Assembly: GCA_001595785.1 (NCBI GenBank) | Contig: LSSJ01000021.1 | Location: 5,248 to 69,247 of the forward strand | From: Euryarchaeota archaeon SM23-78 | GTDB taxonomy: Archaea; Nanobdellota; Nanobdellia; Woesearchaeales; SM23-78 | Direction: 5' to 3' | DNA: 64,000 nt | Shown here: positions 1 through 8,605 of the stretch, in pieces | How the letters are laid out: each line of letters opens with the position of its first letter | Position numbering within the stretch: the first letter of the stretch is position 1 | The notes under the pieces: generated by a model | What the model saw: the letters and a program-made list of their open reading frames with translations, nothing else | What the model was told of the DNA's origin: nothing | The model's database searches: none | Position numbers and translations under genes: made by a program

Positions 1-9
1 ACCAGTCAT

Positions 10-63
10 GCGTCTTGTCAGTGAAGCAGTCCTGAACAGTACAGACAAGGCGCCTGCCTTGAG
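10..63 (+). promoter_or_regulatory. conserved upstream block W1 (GCGTCTTGTCA..TGAACAG..GGCGCCTGCCTTGAG), paralog of 11628-11685
   Basis: The same three sub-blocks recur in the same order at 11628-11685. Both copies end 47-48 nt before the first ATG of a long co-directional gene block. GG-N8-TTGA spacing matches sigma-54 -24/-12 geometry, but the -12 element reads TTGA, not TTGC. Confidence 0.35.
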
Positions 64-110
64 AATTATTCAGATAATAACATATAAAAAACAAAAAAGG
101 AGGAACTATC

Positions 111-557
111 ATGGAATTCTTTATTATTTTCTTAAGTATTAGTGTCCTATGTGCTGTGCTCGGTTATATTTTCAGCACCAGCAAAGAGCGTCTTTGGATC
201 GGTATCGGTATTGGGTTCTGGATTATTTGCGTTATATCAGCTTTTTGCTTGATTGGCTGGCTCGCTACATGCATAGATGATGCAAGTCAGTATGCACAAC
301 TCAATGCACGCCGAGAACATCTTATCATGATATACAATGAAGTTGCAAAGACCAACACTTCACCAACCATACATTATGTGGTGAGAATCGAGCAGATTGA
401 TGGTAGCTTCCAAGTCGCTACTCTCGGCGATATCATTGAGGAGTACAATAGCGACGTAGGGGCTGAGCTCAACAAGTGGAAGAATTTCTGGTGGAGAATG
501 TTCAAGCAAGAACCACCCGAGGACCTAAGACAGATCACAAGCAGGGATTTACAGTAA
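111..557 (+). CDS. hypothetical small membrane protein
   Basis: 148-aa ORF with AAGGAGG upstream of the ATG. Two hydrophobic helices (FIIFLSISVLCAVLGYIF, WIGIGIGFWIICVISAFCLIGWL). No recognisable family. Confidence 0.55.
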   Translation: MEFFIIFLSISVLCAVLGYIFSTSKERLWIGIGIGFWIICVISAFCLIGWLATCIDDASQYAQLNARREHLIMIYNEVAKTNTSPTIHYVVRIEQIDGSFQVATLGDIIEEYNSDVGAELNKWKNFWWRMFKQEPPEDLRQITSRDLQ

Positions 558-584
558 AAAAGGAAACAAAGGAGGATATCTGTT

Positions 585-1001
585 ATGAAAAAATTCTTTG
601 TTTTAATGGTTATTTTGTGTTTTGCCTTGATTGTTTTCACAGCTTGTGAAGGCATTAATGAGGCAGAGCAGGGCAAGGAACAACAGGTGGTAGAAGAGAA
701 AGTAGAACTCACTCCTGTCGAAGAGGCTGTTGAGGACATACAGAACGGCAGATATAAATATTACTATGGTGATATTCGATACTATGATGTTCAGACCTTT
801 GGACCAGACACAGTAGTTACGTGCAGAGTGATTGAGAACCCCTACAGTTATGTCAATGACTTCTCAACTTTTATCCAAGCTCATCAAAAAATCTTAAGAG
901 ATAAAGGGCGTAGAATCCTGAAAACAGAAATGATTTTCAGTGCTTCCTATGGTGACTTGGAAGCCTTTCTCATCTTCTACGAAGGAACTATGGAAGAGTA
1001 A
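585..1001 (+). CDS. putative lipoprotein, unknown function
   Basis: 138-aa ORF with AAAGGAGG upstream. Signal peptide ends in a lipobox-like LIVFTAC. Confidence 0.55.
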   Translation: MKKFFVLMVILCFALIVFTACEGINEAEQGKEQQVVEEKVELTPVEEAVEDIQNGRYKYYYGDIRYYDVQTFGPDTVVTCRVIENPYSYVNDFSTFIQAHQKILRDKGRRILKTEMIFSASYGDLEAFLIFYEGTMEE

Positions 1002-1012
1002 GGAGGACCAAC

Positions 1013-1402
1013 ATGAGAAAGTATAGTTTTTGGGTCTTAACAGTTTTTCTTCTCACACTCATGTTCAACTTTGGATGCCAAGTCACCAATTCTGATGAAT
1101 ATGGTGAAAAAGGAGTTGAAAAGCCCAAGGAAGAAGTTGAAGAAAAACCTGAAAAAAAACATTACAAAATCGTGGTTATTGAACCTGACAAACTCATTGC
1201 TGTGGTTGGTATGGATATCCGTGGTTGGAAATCATGGGATGATGTTGATGGATATTCAAAATCTATCATAGAAGGACAAACAGAGCTTGCTGAAACATAC
1301 GAAATCATACGCGTTCAGTATAAAATCGCAGATGAATTATATGATGCTGCAGTAACCAGAGTTGTTGTCTTTGAAGTCAAGCCCAAATACCAGGACCGAT
1401 AG
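1013..1402 (+). CDS. putative lipoprotein, unknown function
   Basis: 129-aa ORF with TAAGGAGG upstream. Signal peptide with MFNFGC lipobox-like cysteine. Confidence 0.55.
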   Translation: MRKYSFWVLTVFLLTLMFNFGCQVTNSDEYGEKGVEKPKEEVEEKPEKKHYKIVVIEPDKLIAVVGMDIRGWKSWDDVDGYSKSIIEGQTELAETYEIIRVQYKIADELYDAAVTRVVVFEVKPKYQDR

Positions 1403-1514
1403 TAAACTTGATCTGAATAAAAAAATCCTAAAGACAAAGGAGGTGTCACACAAGGGGGAAAAGCATAACTGAGTATTTGATTCAAAATTAAAGCAAATTA
1501 TAAAGGAGGTTAGC

Positions 1515-2195
1515 TTGAAAAAACTTCTCTCTATCATTATTGTTCTTGGAATGGTTTCAGTCACATCAGTTCTGGCAAATGGTGTTGAAATCATTTCAGA
1601 GTTCAAGGTTACCAACTCGTATCTTTACCGTGGGTTGAGCTTTGCTACACCAGATGAAGAGGTGTTTCTCCCAGCTGTTGTCTTTATTGTAGGAGATGAT
1701 CTGGAAATCGTTACTTACGGTGCGCTTGGCATTGGAGATGACCCTTACAATGAATGGGGTTTTGAAGCCAAGAAATCATTCTTTGGCCATCTTGAAATCC
1801 TTGCTTCTGGATTCATTTGGCGATTGGATGATGCATCTTCCTGGGATAAAGGGTTTATCACTGGTGCCAAAGGCTTTTTTGAAGCTGGTGGTATTGAATT
1901 AGCTGGTGGATTCCTTTGGGGAACTGACCAAGACATCCCTGAGTTCAAAGGCTTCTACTATTATGCAAGTGCCAGCAAACCATCAGTCATCCTTGGAATT
2001 GATATTGCTGTTGAGGTTGGCTACAATGCTGGATTCTACAGCGAAGGCAAAGGAGCCTTGGCTTTGTTTGACTTTTCCCGAGCTTTCAAAGTGTGGAACA
2101 CGAACCTGATCTTTGGACTAACTATTCCATTAGTGAACAAGGAAGTCAACCCACTCGAACCTGGGCCAGCCTTGAACATCAAACTGGCTTGGTAG
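1515..2195 (+). CDS. TorF/Gcw_chp-family-like putative outer-membrane beta-barrel protein
   Basis: TTG start 6 nt after AAAGGAGG, followed by a signal peptide. The stretch VTNSYLYRGLSFA resembles the SxYxFRG signature of the Gcw_chp/TorF family. C-terminal aromatic residue (..NIKLAW) is typical of OM barrels. Confidence 0.5.
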   Translation: MKKLLSIIIVLGMVSVTSVLANGVEIISEFKVTNSYLYRGLSFATPDEEVFLPAVVFIVGDDLEIVTYGALGIGDDPYNEWGFEAKKSFFGHLEILASGFIWRLDDASSWDKGFITGAKGFFEAGGIELAGGFLWGTDQDIPEFKGFYYYASASKPSVILGIDIAVEVGYNAGFYSEGKGALALFDFSRAFKVWNTNLIFGLTIPLVNKEVNPLEPGPALNIKLAW

Positions 2196-2374
2196 GTTGT
2201 TGAGATTCTAAAAAAGGAGGTGCAATAGAAAAAGAGGGTAAAGCATAATTTGAGAAAAAAATCCTACATACTGAGGAGGTGTCTATCGAATCATGTTTCT
2301 GTCTTAAGGTTGCTTCTTTGAAGCAGGATTTACCTTTAAACAATCCAAAAATACAAGAAAAAGGAGAAAACAAA

Positions 2375-4090
2375 GTGAAAAAGTTTTTTGTGATTCTCGC
2401 TTTGGTGTGTTTGTTTGGTTTTCAGGCATTCGCACAACAGGCCGAGTATCTACAACCCCAACCCTTGTCTCAGGTAGTCAAGGTGAGTGTGCGGCCAGTA
2501 AGTACCACTGGTGCTACCAAGGTTCCAACCATTACCTGGGGTGGTGATATTGCCACTGTTTTGGCTGAGATGGAAGGTTTCTTCCGCGACGAAGGCTGGA
2601 ATGTTACGCTTTTTCGCGAAGACAACTTTGCCAAACAAGTTGAGATGTGTTTATCCGGCGAAACTCCATTTCTGCGTGGAACCATGGGCATGATCAATGC
2701 AGCTGCTGATGCTTTTAAAGCTCATGGCCAGGAACTGGTAGTTATCTATCAGATGACTTGGTCTGTTGGTGGCGACGCCATGGTTGTGCGTAAAGGCAAA
2801 AAACTGAGCAACATCAAGACAGTTGCCTTGCAGCTGTATGGTCCGCACATGGATTATGCTGCTAATCTTTTTGCCAATGCCAAGCGCCTGGATAAGGTTC
2901 AGTTCAAGTATCTGAAAGAACTGTACGAACCTGACTATGATACGCGTGGCAAAATCGTTGACCCGGTTTCTGCTTTTAGAGCAGACTCAAGCCTTGACGC
3001 CGTGATGTGTATTATTCCTGATGCCTTGGCTTTGAGTTCTGGAGGAACTGTTGGCGATGGTTCTGAGGGTTCAGTTAAGGGAGCAAAAATCGAGCTCTCC
3101 ACCAAGACTGCCTCAAGAATCATTTCCGATGTATACGCAGTGCGAAAGGACTATTTTGATGCCAATCGCAGCAAAGTTCAGGGTTATGTCAAGGCCTTGA
3201 TGAGAGGAGAAGAAGCTCTTCGGGATTTACTAGCTGACAAAGCCAGTAACCAGGCCAAGTATAGGCAGCTCATATCCAAGTCAGCAACTCTGTTGCTGGG
3301 TGCTCCTACACTAACAGGAGATACCGAAGCCTTGCTAGGTGACTGTGAGTATGTTGGCCATGCAGGCAATATTGCTTTCTTCACAGGCAAAGGCACCAGT
3401 CGTACCTTGGCAACCTTGACCAAGGAAATCCAGGCTTCTTTCAGAACCCTGGGCTTGATGACAGGTACAGTTCCTATTGCCTCTGCTGGCTGGGATTACA
3501 ATGCCCTGGGAAGCGGATTAAAGTATGCTGTTGCAGCTGCTGCACCAGCACCTGCTCCTAAGAAGGCATTTGATACCAAGAAAGTGGCCAGGTATGTGGA
3601 AAGTAAAGTTGCTGCAGAAGCAGCCACTTGGGAAGAAGAAGGCACTCTTTTCAAGGTTGAAATCTTCTTTGACCCTAACCAGAATGAATTCCCGGTTTCG
3701 CGCTATTCCAATGACTATCAAGAAGCTCTGAGTCTTGTGGACACAAACAGAGGCGCTCTTATAACCATTGAAGGCCACACCAACCCTTACAATTTCCAAA
3801 AACGCGAACAAGAAGGTGCCTCTAGCCAGGAACTGGCTCAGATCAAGCAGACTGGTAAAAACCTTTCCTTGCAGCGCGCCCAAGCAGTTCGTAACACTTT
3901 TCTGGCGTTTGCCAAGAATAAAGGTGTTGTTCTTGACGAAACCCGGTTCTATGCCACTGGTCGAGGGATTGATGCACCCAAGCACCCTGAGATGAAGACC
4001 AAACAGCAGTGGAATGAAAACCGGCGCGTAGTCTTCTTGGTCAAACAAATCGAGGCTGAAGCAGAAGAATTCGTGCCCTTAAAAAAATAG
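2375..4090 (+). CDS. periplasmic substrate-binding-like domain fused to OmpA_C-like peptidoglycan-binding domain
   Basis: I prefer the GTG start at 2375 (AAGGAG 8 nt upstream), which gives signal peptide VKKFFVILALVCLFGFQAFA. The C-terminus carries OmpA_C motifs (IEGHTNPY.., LSLQRAQAVRNTFL, GRGIDAP, NRRVVFLV). The N-terminal two-thirds looks NMT1/SBP-like. Confidence 0.7.
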   Translation: MKKFFVILALVCLFGFQAFAQQAEYLQPQPLSQVVKVSVRPVSTTGATKVPTITWGGDIATVLAEMEGFFRDEGWNVTLFREDNFAKQVEMCLSGETPFLRGTMGMINAAADAFKAHGQELVVIYQMTWSVGGDAMVVRKGKKLSNIKTVALQLYGPHMDYAANLFANAKRLDKVQFKYLKELYEPDYDTRGKIVDPVSAFRADSSLDAVMCIIPDALALSSGGTVGDGSEGSVKGAKIELSTKTASRIISDVYAVRKDYFDANRSKVQGYVKALMRGEEALRDLLADKASNQAKYRQLISKSATLLLGAPTLTGDTEALLGDCEYVGHAGNIAFFTGKGTSRTLATLTKEIQASFRTLGLMTGTVPIASAGWDYNALGSGLKYAVAAAAPAPAPKKAFDTKKVARYVESKVAAEAATWEEEGTLFKVEIFFDPNQNEFPVSRYSNDYQEALSLVDTNRGALITIEGHTNPYNFQKREQEGASSQELAQIKQTGKNLSLQRAQAVRNTFLAFAKNKGVVLDETRFYATGRGIDAPKHPEMKTKQQWNENRRVVFLVKQIEAEAEEFVPLKK

Positions 4091-4101
4091 GGGAGGAAAT
4101 A

Positions 4102-4839
4102 ATGAAACAGGAAAAAGTTTTCAACAAATTGTTCCTTTTCAGCCTCCTCTGTATCTGTGTGCTCGCTTTCATCTCTAACTATGCTTGCATATCAGAAACC
4201 CCTCGGGATGCACAGACCGCTGAAGCAGAAGTTGAAGAGATTCCTTTTGATGATACTGCTGGCGAGCAATCGCTTACCCGGAATTGCTATTTCATTTTTG
4301 ACGGCAGTGGAAGCATGGGAGACAACTGCGCTGGCCAGAAAAAGATTGACGGAGCTAAAGAAGCTCTTCGAAGATTTATGTCCAAAGTACCTGATGATGT
4401 GAATCTGGGCCTCTATGTCTTTGACGGTCGTGGTGATCGAGAAGTTGTAGCTCTAGGCTCTGGAAATCGAGTTGAGTTTATGCAAGCTATTGAAGACATC
4501 AGAGACGGTGGCGGTACTCCTCTGGCTGAAGCCATTCGTACAGGCACTGACCAATTAATTGCTCAATACAAGAAGCAGCTGGGATATGGTGCTTACGGGA
4601 TGATAATTGTGAGTGACGGAGAAGCCAGTGGCCTTGAGAGAGCTGCTCGAGAAACCAAAAGCTTTGGTGTGATCATCATGCATACCATTGCCTTGTGCAT
4701 GGAGAGAGGCCATCCGCTCAAAGAATATTCTCATGCCTACTATGAAGCAGATGATTATGAAGCCCTTGAAAAAGCACTTGTAGAAGCAGTGGCAGAGGCA
4801 GAGGTCTTTGAGCCAACAGAATTCGTGGAAAAAAAATAA
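4102..4839 (+). CDS. von Willebrand factor type A (VWA) domain lipoprotein
   Basis: Lipobox ISNYAC. MIDAS motif DGSGSMGD, plus GGTPLAEAI and IIVSDGEA. Confidence 0.75.
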   Translation: MKQEKVFNKLFLFSLLCICVLAFISNYACISETPRDAQTAEAEVEEIPFDDTAGEQSLTRNCYFIFDGSGSMGDNCAGQKKIDGAKEALRRFMSKVPDDVNLGLYVFDGRGDREVVALGSGNRVEFMQAIEDIRDGGGTPLAEAIRTGTDQLIAQYKKQLGYGAYGMIIVSDGEASGLERAARETKSFGVIIMHTIALCMERGHPLKEYSHAYYEADDYEALEKALVEAVAEAEVFEPTEFVEKK

Positions 4840-4848
4840 GTAAAGTCA

Positions 4849-4910
4849 AGGGGCAACAGATGGAACTTGTCTGGATATAATATATCTAGATGAAACCTGT
4901 CTGTTGCCCT
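4849..4910 (+). promoter_or_regulatory. long extended hairpin between VWA gene and next gene
   Basis: AGGGGCAACAGA (4849-4860) pairs perfectly with TCTGTTGCCCT (4900-4910). An inner arm TCTGGATATA/TATATCTAGA also pairs. No U-tract follows. Confidence 0.3.
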
Positions 4911-4942
4911 AGGCTTACTCACAAAGGAGGTGAGTATAAACA

Positions 4943-6517
4943 ATGAACAAAAAAATTCTAGGACCTATACTGATATTCGCTATTGTTGCTATTGTAGCTG
5001 TAGCGATTAAATTCATCAGCCCAATAGTGTTCAAAAAGAAGCAGATTTCTACTTCAAGAGCCCAGGACACTGAACTCATCAAATGGGCTGGAGACAGCTA
5101 TCTAGGTTACTGGTTTCTTAAGTCGCCTGATATGCGAATCTATGCTCCTCGTAATGGCATTGAACTCTCGTTCCATGATGACGGTGGTGCATATGCAGAG
5201 AGGCTGGAGAAATTCAATGACGGTGAATATGATTTCATTGTCCTACCAGTAGCTGAGTACCTCAAGCATGGGTTCAGGCACAAGTACCCTGGTGTTATTG
5301 TGGCCTCAATTTCTGAGTCCAAAGGCGCTGATGCCATGGTTGCTTTTGCAGACGTGCTGCCAACAGGAAGAATCAATGATCTGAATAATCCAGCTCTGCG
5401 TTTCGTCTACACTTCTGAATCACCCAGCAGTTTCTTGATCGACCTAACCATTGCTGACTTTGATTTTGACAGGCTCCAAGCAGACAACAGCTGGCGTTCC
5501 GAGGTTGGCAGCTCAGAGGAAGCCTATGAGAGAGCCAAAAAAGCACAAAAAGATCGGAGTATTGGCGACGTCTTTGTCATGTGGGAACCTGAGGTCTCTA
5601 GAGCTGTTGACAAGTTGGGTATGAAAGTTATTTGGGGTTCAGACAAATTTGCTGGCTATATCATTGATGTGTTTGTTTTTCATCGTGATTTTGTTCAGAG
5701 GAAGCCGGCTATACTCCAAAAATTCCTTAACACCTACTTTATGGTACTCGACCGCTATGCAACAGACAAGGAGCGCATGATCAAGGAAATGTCCAGAACA
5801 GCTGATCTGAATGAGGATGTGGTAGAGACTATGCTTAAAAAAATCGATTGGTATGACCTTCAAGAAAACTGCGCTTTACAATTCGGTATTCAAATCAGTG
5901 GAGTGAGCGCACCTGACATGGGCATTGTCAAAACCATAGTTGCTTGTTCAGATGTAATGATCCGATCTAATCAAGAGCCAAAACAAGGTGATTTCACTGC
6001 TGATAGTCTCCGCGACCCCTATCTGATTGTTAATGACAGCTTTTTGTCTCAGTTAGCCAGTTCAAGTGTAAGGGCTGTTGGTGCAGGAGCTATTTCTACT
6101 GTGGTTGATTTTGAGCCATTGGACGACGCAGGTTGGGCAAACTTAAGAGAGATCGGTACTATGCGTATTGAACCAATTACCTTTCAACAAGGAACCAACC
6201 GCCTAGATGATCAGGGTAAAGACGTAGTTGATAGAGTGGCTCAGATGCTGGTTACTAACTATCCCAATTACAGAGTGATTGTTGGTGGTCACACTGGTCC
6301 TGGTGATGAAGAAGCCAACAAAAAGCTGTCAACTGAACGAGCTCAAGTTGTTGCCCAAAGATTAATTGCTGTTCATGGTATTGACCCTGATCGTCTTCGA
6401 CCAAATGGCTATGGAGCTACTCGTCAGCCTCAGAGAAAACCAGATGAATCAACTCGCTTGTGGCGTTTGCGAATGTCAAGAGTGGAATTTGTCCTATTAG
6501 CAGGAAGCACCTTGTAG
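4943..6517 (+). CDS. membrane-anchored substrate-binding-like domain / OmpA_C-like fusion protein
   Basis: N-terminal TM helix (ILGPILIFAIVAIVAVAI). C-terminal OmpA_C motifs (VGGHTGPGDEEANKKLSTERAQVVAQRL, GYGATRQP, RVEFVL). Same architecture as 2375-4090. Confidence 0.7.
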   Translation: MNKKILGPILIFAIVAIVAVAIKFISPIVFKKKQISTSRAQDTELIKWAGDSYLGYWFLKSPDMRIYAPRNGIELSFHDDGGAYAERLEKFNDGEYDFIVLPVAEYLKHGFRHKYPGVIVASISESKGADAMVAFADVLPTGRINDLNNPALRFVYTSESPSSFLIDLTIADFDFDRLQADNSWRSEVGSSEEAYERAKKAQKDRSIGDVFVMWEPEVSRAVDKLGMKVIWGSDKFAGYIIDVFVFHRDFVQRKPAILQKFLNTYFMVLDRYATDKERMIKEMSRTADLNEDVVETMLKKIDWYDLQENCALQFGIQISGVSAPDMGIVKTIVACSDVMIRSNQEPKQGDFTADSLRDPYLIVNDSFLSQLASSSVRAVGAGAISTVVDFEPLDDAGWANLREIGTMRIEPITFQQGTNRLDDQGKDVVDRVAQMLVTNYPNYRVIVGGHTGPGDEEANKKLSTERAQVVAQRLIAVHGIDPDRLRPNGYGATRQPQRKPDESTRLWRLRMSRVEFVLLAGSTL

Positions 6518-6544
6518 GCAAAAAATAAACAAAGGAGGTTGTCT

Positions 6545-7267
6545 ATGCCTAAACCAAAACACTCGGAAAAGAATGGCAAGAAATCGACTGCTGATTCTGC
6601 ACTTACGGTTCGTGATTTTTCAACTCCAGAGATGAGAAAGAAAGCGTTGTTAAAAAAAGCTTTTACTCATCCGACCACTACGTGTCCAGCCGCAGGTTTT
6701 GCAGGATCAGTCTTGTGGGCAATTGTTCTTGGTCTAAGTCCAACCCTCTTCCTTATAGGTTTTGCTACCTTTGGAGCAACTTGCATTTCCTTTGTGTGGC
6801 ATTATTTTTTGTCACCCAGACCTGTAGATCCCTATGAAAAGCTTCTCGCCAGGGGTGTGACAGTAGAGGATCTGAATAATTTTCTAAGACCCTCAGTTCA
6901 AACACTTCAAAAGATCAATGATCTTCTAAAAGAATTCAGCGGCGAGTTCAAAAGAAAAGTGGAGAATTTGAGAGATATCATTCAAGCCATTCTCGAGAAC
7001 TGTGCACAAGATGATCCGAGTGATATCCGTAGAATAGCAACCTTTCCTAATCACATCCAAAGAACTGCCAAGCTGCTGGAAAAATATGCAGAGCTCCAAA
7101 GAAAAGCAGGCTGGTCAGAGACCATTCGCAAATCACTTTCTGACATAGAGGCAAGCATAACAAACTTGCATACTCACTATGTCAATCTTTTCGATCGGCT
7201 TCAACAGAACGACTTAGATGGTCTACAAGTTGAAGCTGAAACCCTTGAAAAAATTTTAGAATCCTAA
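6545..7267 (+). CDS. xpaC: XpaC-like (5-bromo-4-chloroindolyl phosphate hydrolysis family) membrane protein
   Basis: ATG lies 6 nt after AAAGGAGG. Two adjacent TM helices are followed by a helical C-terminal domain. It sits immediately upstream of a TelA-like gene, as in the known xpaC-yaaN(telA) pairing. Confidence 0.45.
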   Translation: MPKPKHSEKNGKKSTADSALTVRDFSTPEMRKKALLKKAFTHPTTTCPAAGFAGSVLWAIVLGLSPTLFLIGFATFGATCISFVWHYFLSPRPVDPYEKLLARGVTVEDLNNFLRPSVQTLQKINDLLKEFSGEFKRKVENLRDIIQAILENCAQDDPSDIRRIATFPNHIQRTAKLLEKYAELQRKAGWSETIRKSLSDIEASITNLHTHYVNLFDRLQQNDLDGLQVEAETLEKILES

Positions 7268-7279
7268 AAGGAGGTAAGT

Positions 7280-8443
7280 ATGGCTGAAAAAGAAGCCAAG
7301 CAAAGCAAGGAAAGAGTTAGTGTCAAGCTTCCTGTCATTACCTTGGATCAAGGTACCGGCGAAGCAGAACCTCTGGTGGATCCCACTAAGTTCTCTGAGG
7401 AACAGCATGCCTGGGCAAATCAACAAGCCAATGCCCTGGACTGGAGTGACAGCAACGATGTTATGCTGTTCGCGTCCGCGCCCCAGAAAAAGATGAGCGC
7501 ATTCTTAGACACCCTGCTTGACGGTGTCAATGCCATGGAAGCAGGGCCTGCAGGAGACCTAGTCATTGCTCTTTCCGAAGGAGTCAAAAAGACCAAACTG
7601 GAAGATTTCCAGAAAATGGCTAAAAAAGCCATGGAAGGCGGTATGGTCGGAAAGTTCCTAAGGAAACTCTGGAAGATGGCCAAGATCTTCCTCAAGAAGT
7701 ACAAAGACCTGGACAAGCTCCTATCAGAAATCGAGAAAAGAGTCGAGAAACGGAAGGATGAGCTCATCGGGGAGAATGTCAAACTGGACAAGCTTCACGA
7801 TAACAACTCCGAATTCCAGGATGAGATGGCCCTCTGGATCATCGCTGGTGAATATGCCCTGCAGATCGGCAAGGAGAAACTGGCAGAGCTGCAAAAGATT
7901 GCTCAGGAAAGCAGTGACCCCAAGGACGGCGAGAAAGCCAATGACTTCAAGGAACAGGTCACCAGCTTTGAAGTGAGACTGATCGACATGAAGACCGCGT
8001 ACTTACGCGCCATGATGAACGGGCCACAGATCCGTACCACTCAAAGGGCTACCAAGATCGAACTACAAAACATAACACGTACTATTCTGAACCACATTCC
8101 TGTTTTAAAGAACGCTATTGCGCACGCAGTAAGCCTCTATCTGTTAGCTAAGGCCCAAGGTGATCGTCAGGCCCGGGAAACTGCCATCCGCAAAATCGAG
8201 AATTTAAATGCTGATGGATTGAGGCAGGCCTTTATCGCAGCCAAGAGATCCCAAGGACAGGATTTGCTCGAGGAAGTCACCCATGTCGCTGGACTCACCC
8301 AGAAACTTCTGGAAACCCTGGAAGCAGGACGCCAGCTCGATGAGGAGAACAAACAGAAACGCGCCGAGGCTACTGTGAAATTAAGTGAAGCCAAGAAACA
8401 GTTGCGTGAAGGTCTGAGCAAACTGGAAGCTGTGCAGGCGTAA
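7280..8443 (+). CDS. telA: TelA/YaaN-family toxic anion resistance protein
   Basis: 387 aa, the typical TelA length. The N-terminal region LFASAPQKKMSAFLDTLLDGV..AGPAGDLVIALSEGVKK resembles the conserved TelA core. The rest is long coiled-coil. Confidence 0.6.
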   Translation: MAEKEAKQSKERVSVKLPVITLDQGTGEAEPLVDPTKFSEEQHAWANQQANALDWSDSNDVMLFASAPQKKMSAFLDTLLDGVNAMEAGPAGDLVIALSEGVKKTKLEDFQKMAKKAMEGGMVGKFLRKLWKMAKIFLKKYKDLDKLLSEIEKRVEKRKDELIGENVKLDKLHDNNSEFQDEMALWIIAGEYALQIGKEKLAELQKIAQESSDPKDGEKANDFKEQVTSFEVRLIDMKTAYLRAMMNGPQIRTTQRATKIELQNITRTILNHIPVLKNAIAHAVSLYLLAKAQGDRQARETAIRKIENLNADGLRQAFIAAKRSQGQDLLEEVTHVAGLTQKLLETLEAGRQLDEENKQKRAEATVKLSEAKKQLREGLSKLEAVQA

Positions 8444-8605
8444 GGTAATAGGTGAGCTCTCCCCTTTCCAAGGATTGGTTTGAGCTCTCCTATTCTTTCA
8501 CTCTTAACAAACAAAAAGGAGGGAAAACACGAAAAGAGATTGAAAAACACAAAACATCAGTCTTTTCAAATCCAAAACAAAAAACCAAAAAAAAGGAGAA
8601 AAATT

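Noticed and set aside
49-63. Sigma-54 promoter call for GGCGCCTGCCTTGAG (and 11671-11685)
   Set aside because: The spacing fits, but the highly conserved -12 GC is GA in both copies. I keep it only as an unclassified regulatory block.
2279-2374. Longer N-terminus (GTG 2279) for the SBP-OmpA fusion gene
   Set aside because: The extension precedes a clean signal peptide that starts at GTG 2375 with its own AAGGAG. The 2279 GTG directly abuts its SD (the decoy unit).
8480-8605. Longer N-terminus (8480), and ORF 8452-8790, upstream of or overlapping the ABC substrate-binding gene
   Set aside because: The region is a K-rich, low-complexity translation of the terminator-like motif and A-rich spacer. 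ATG 8606 has an SD and gives a standard signal peptide.
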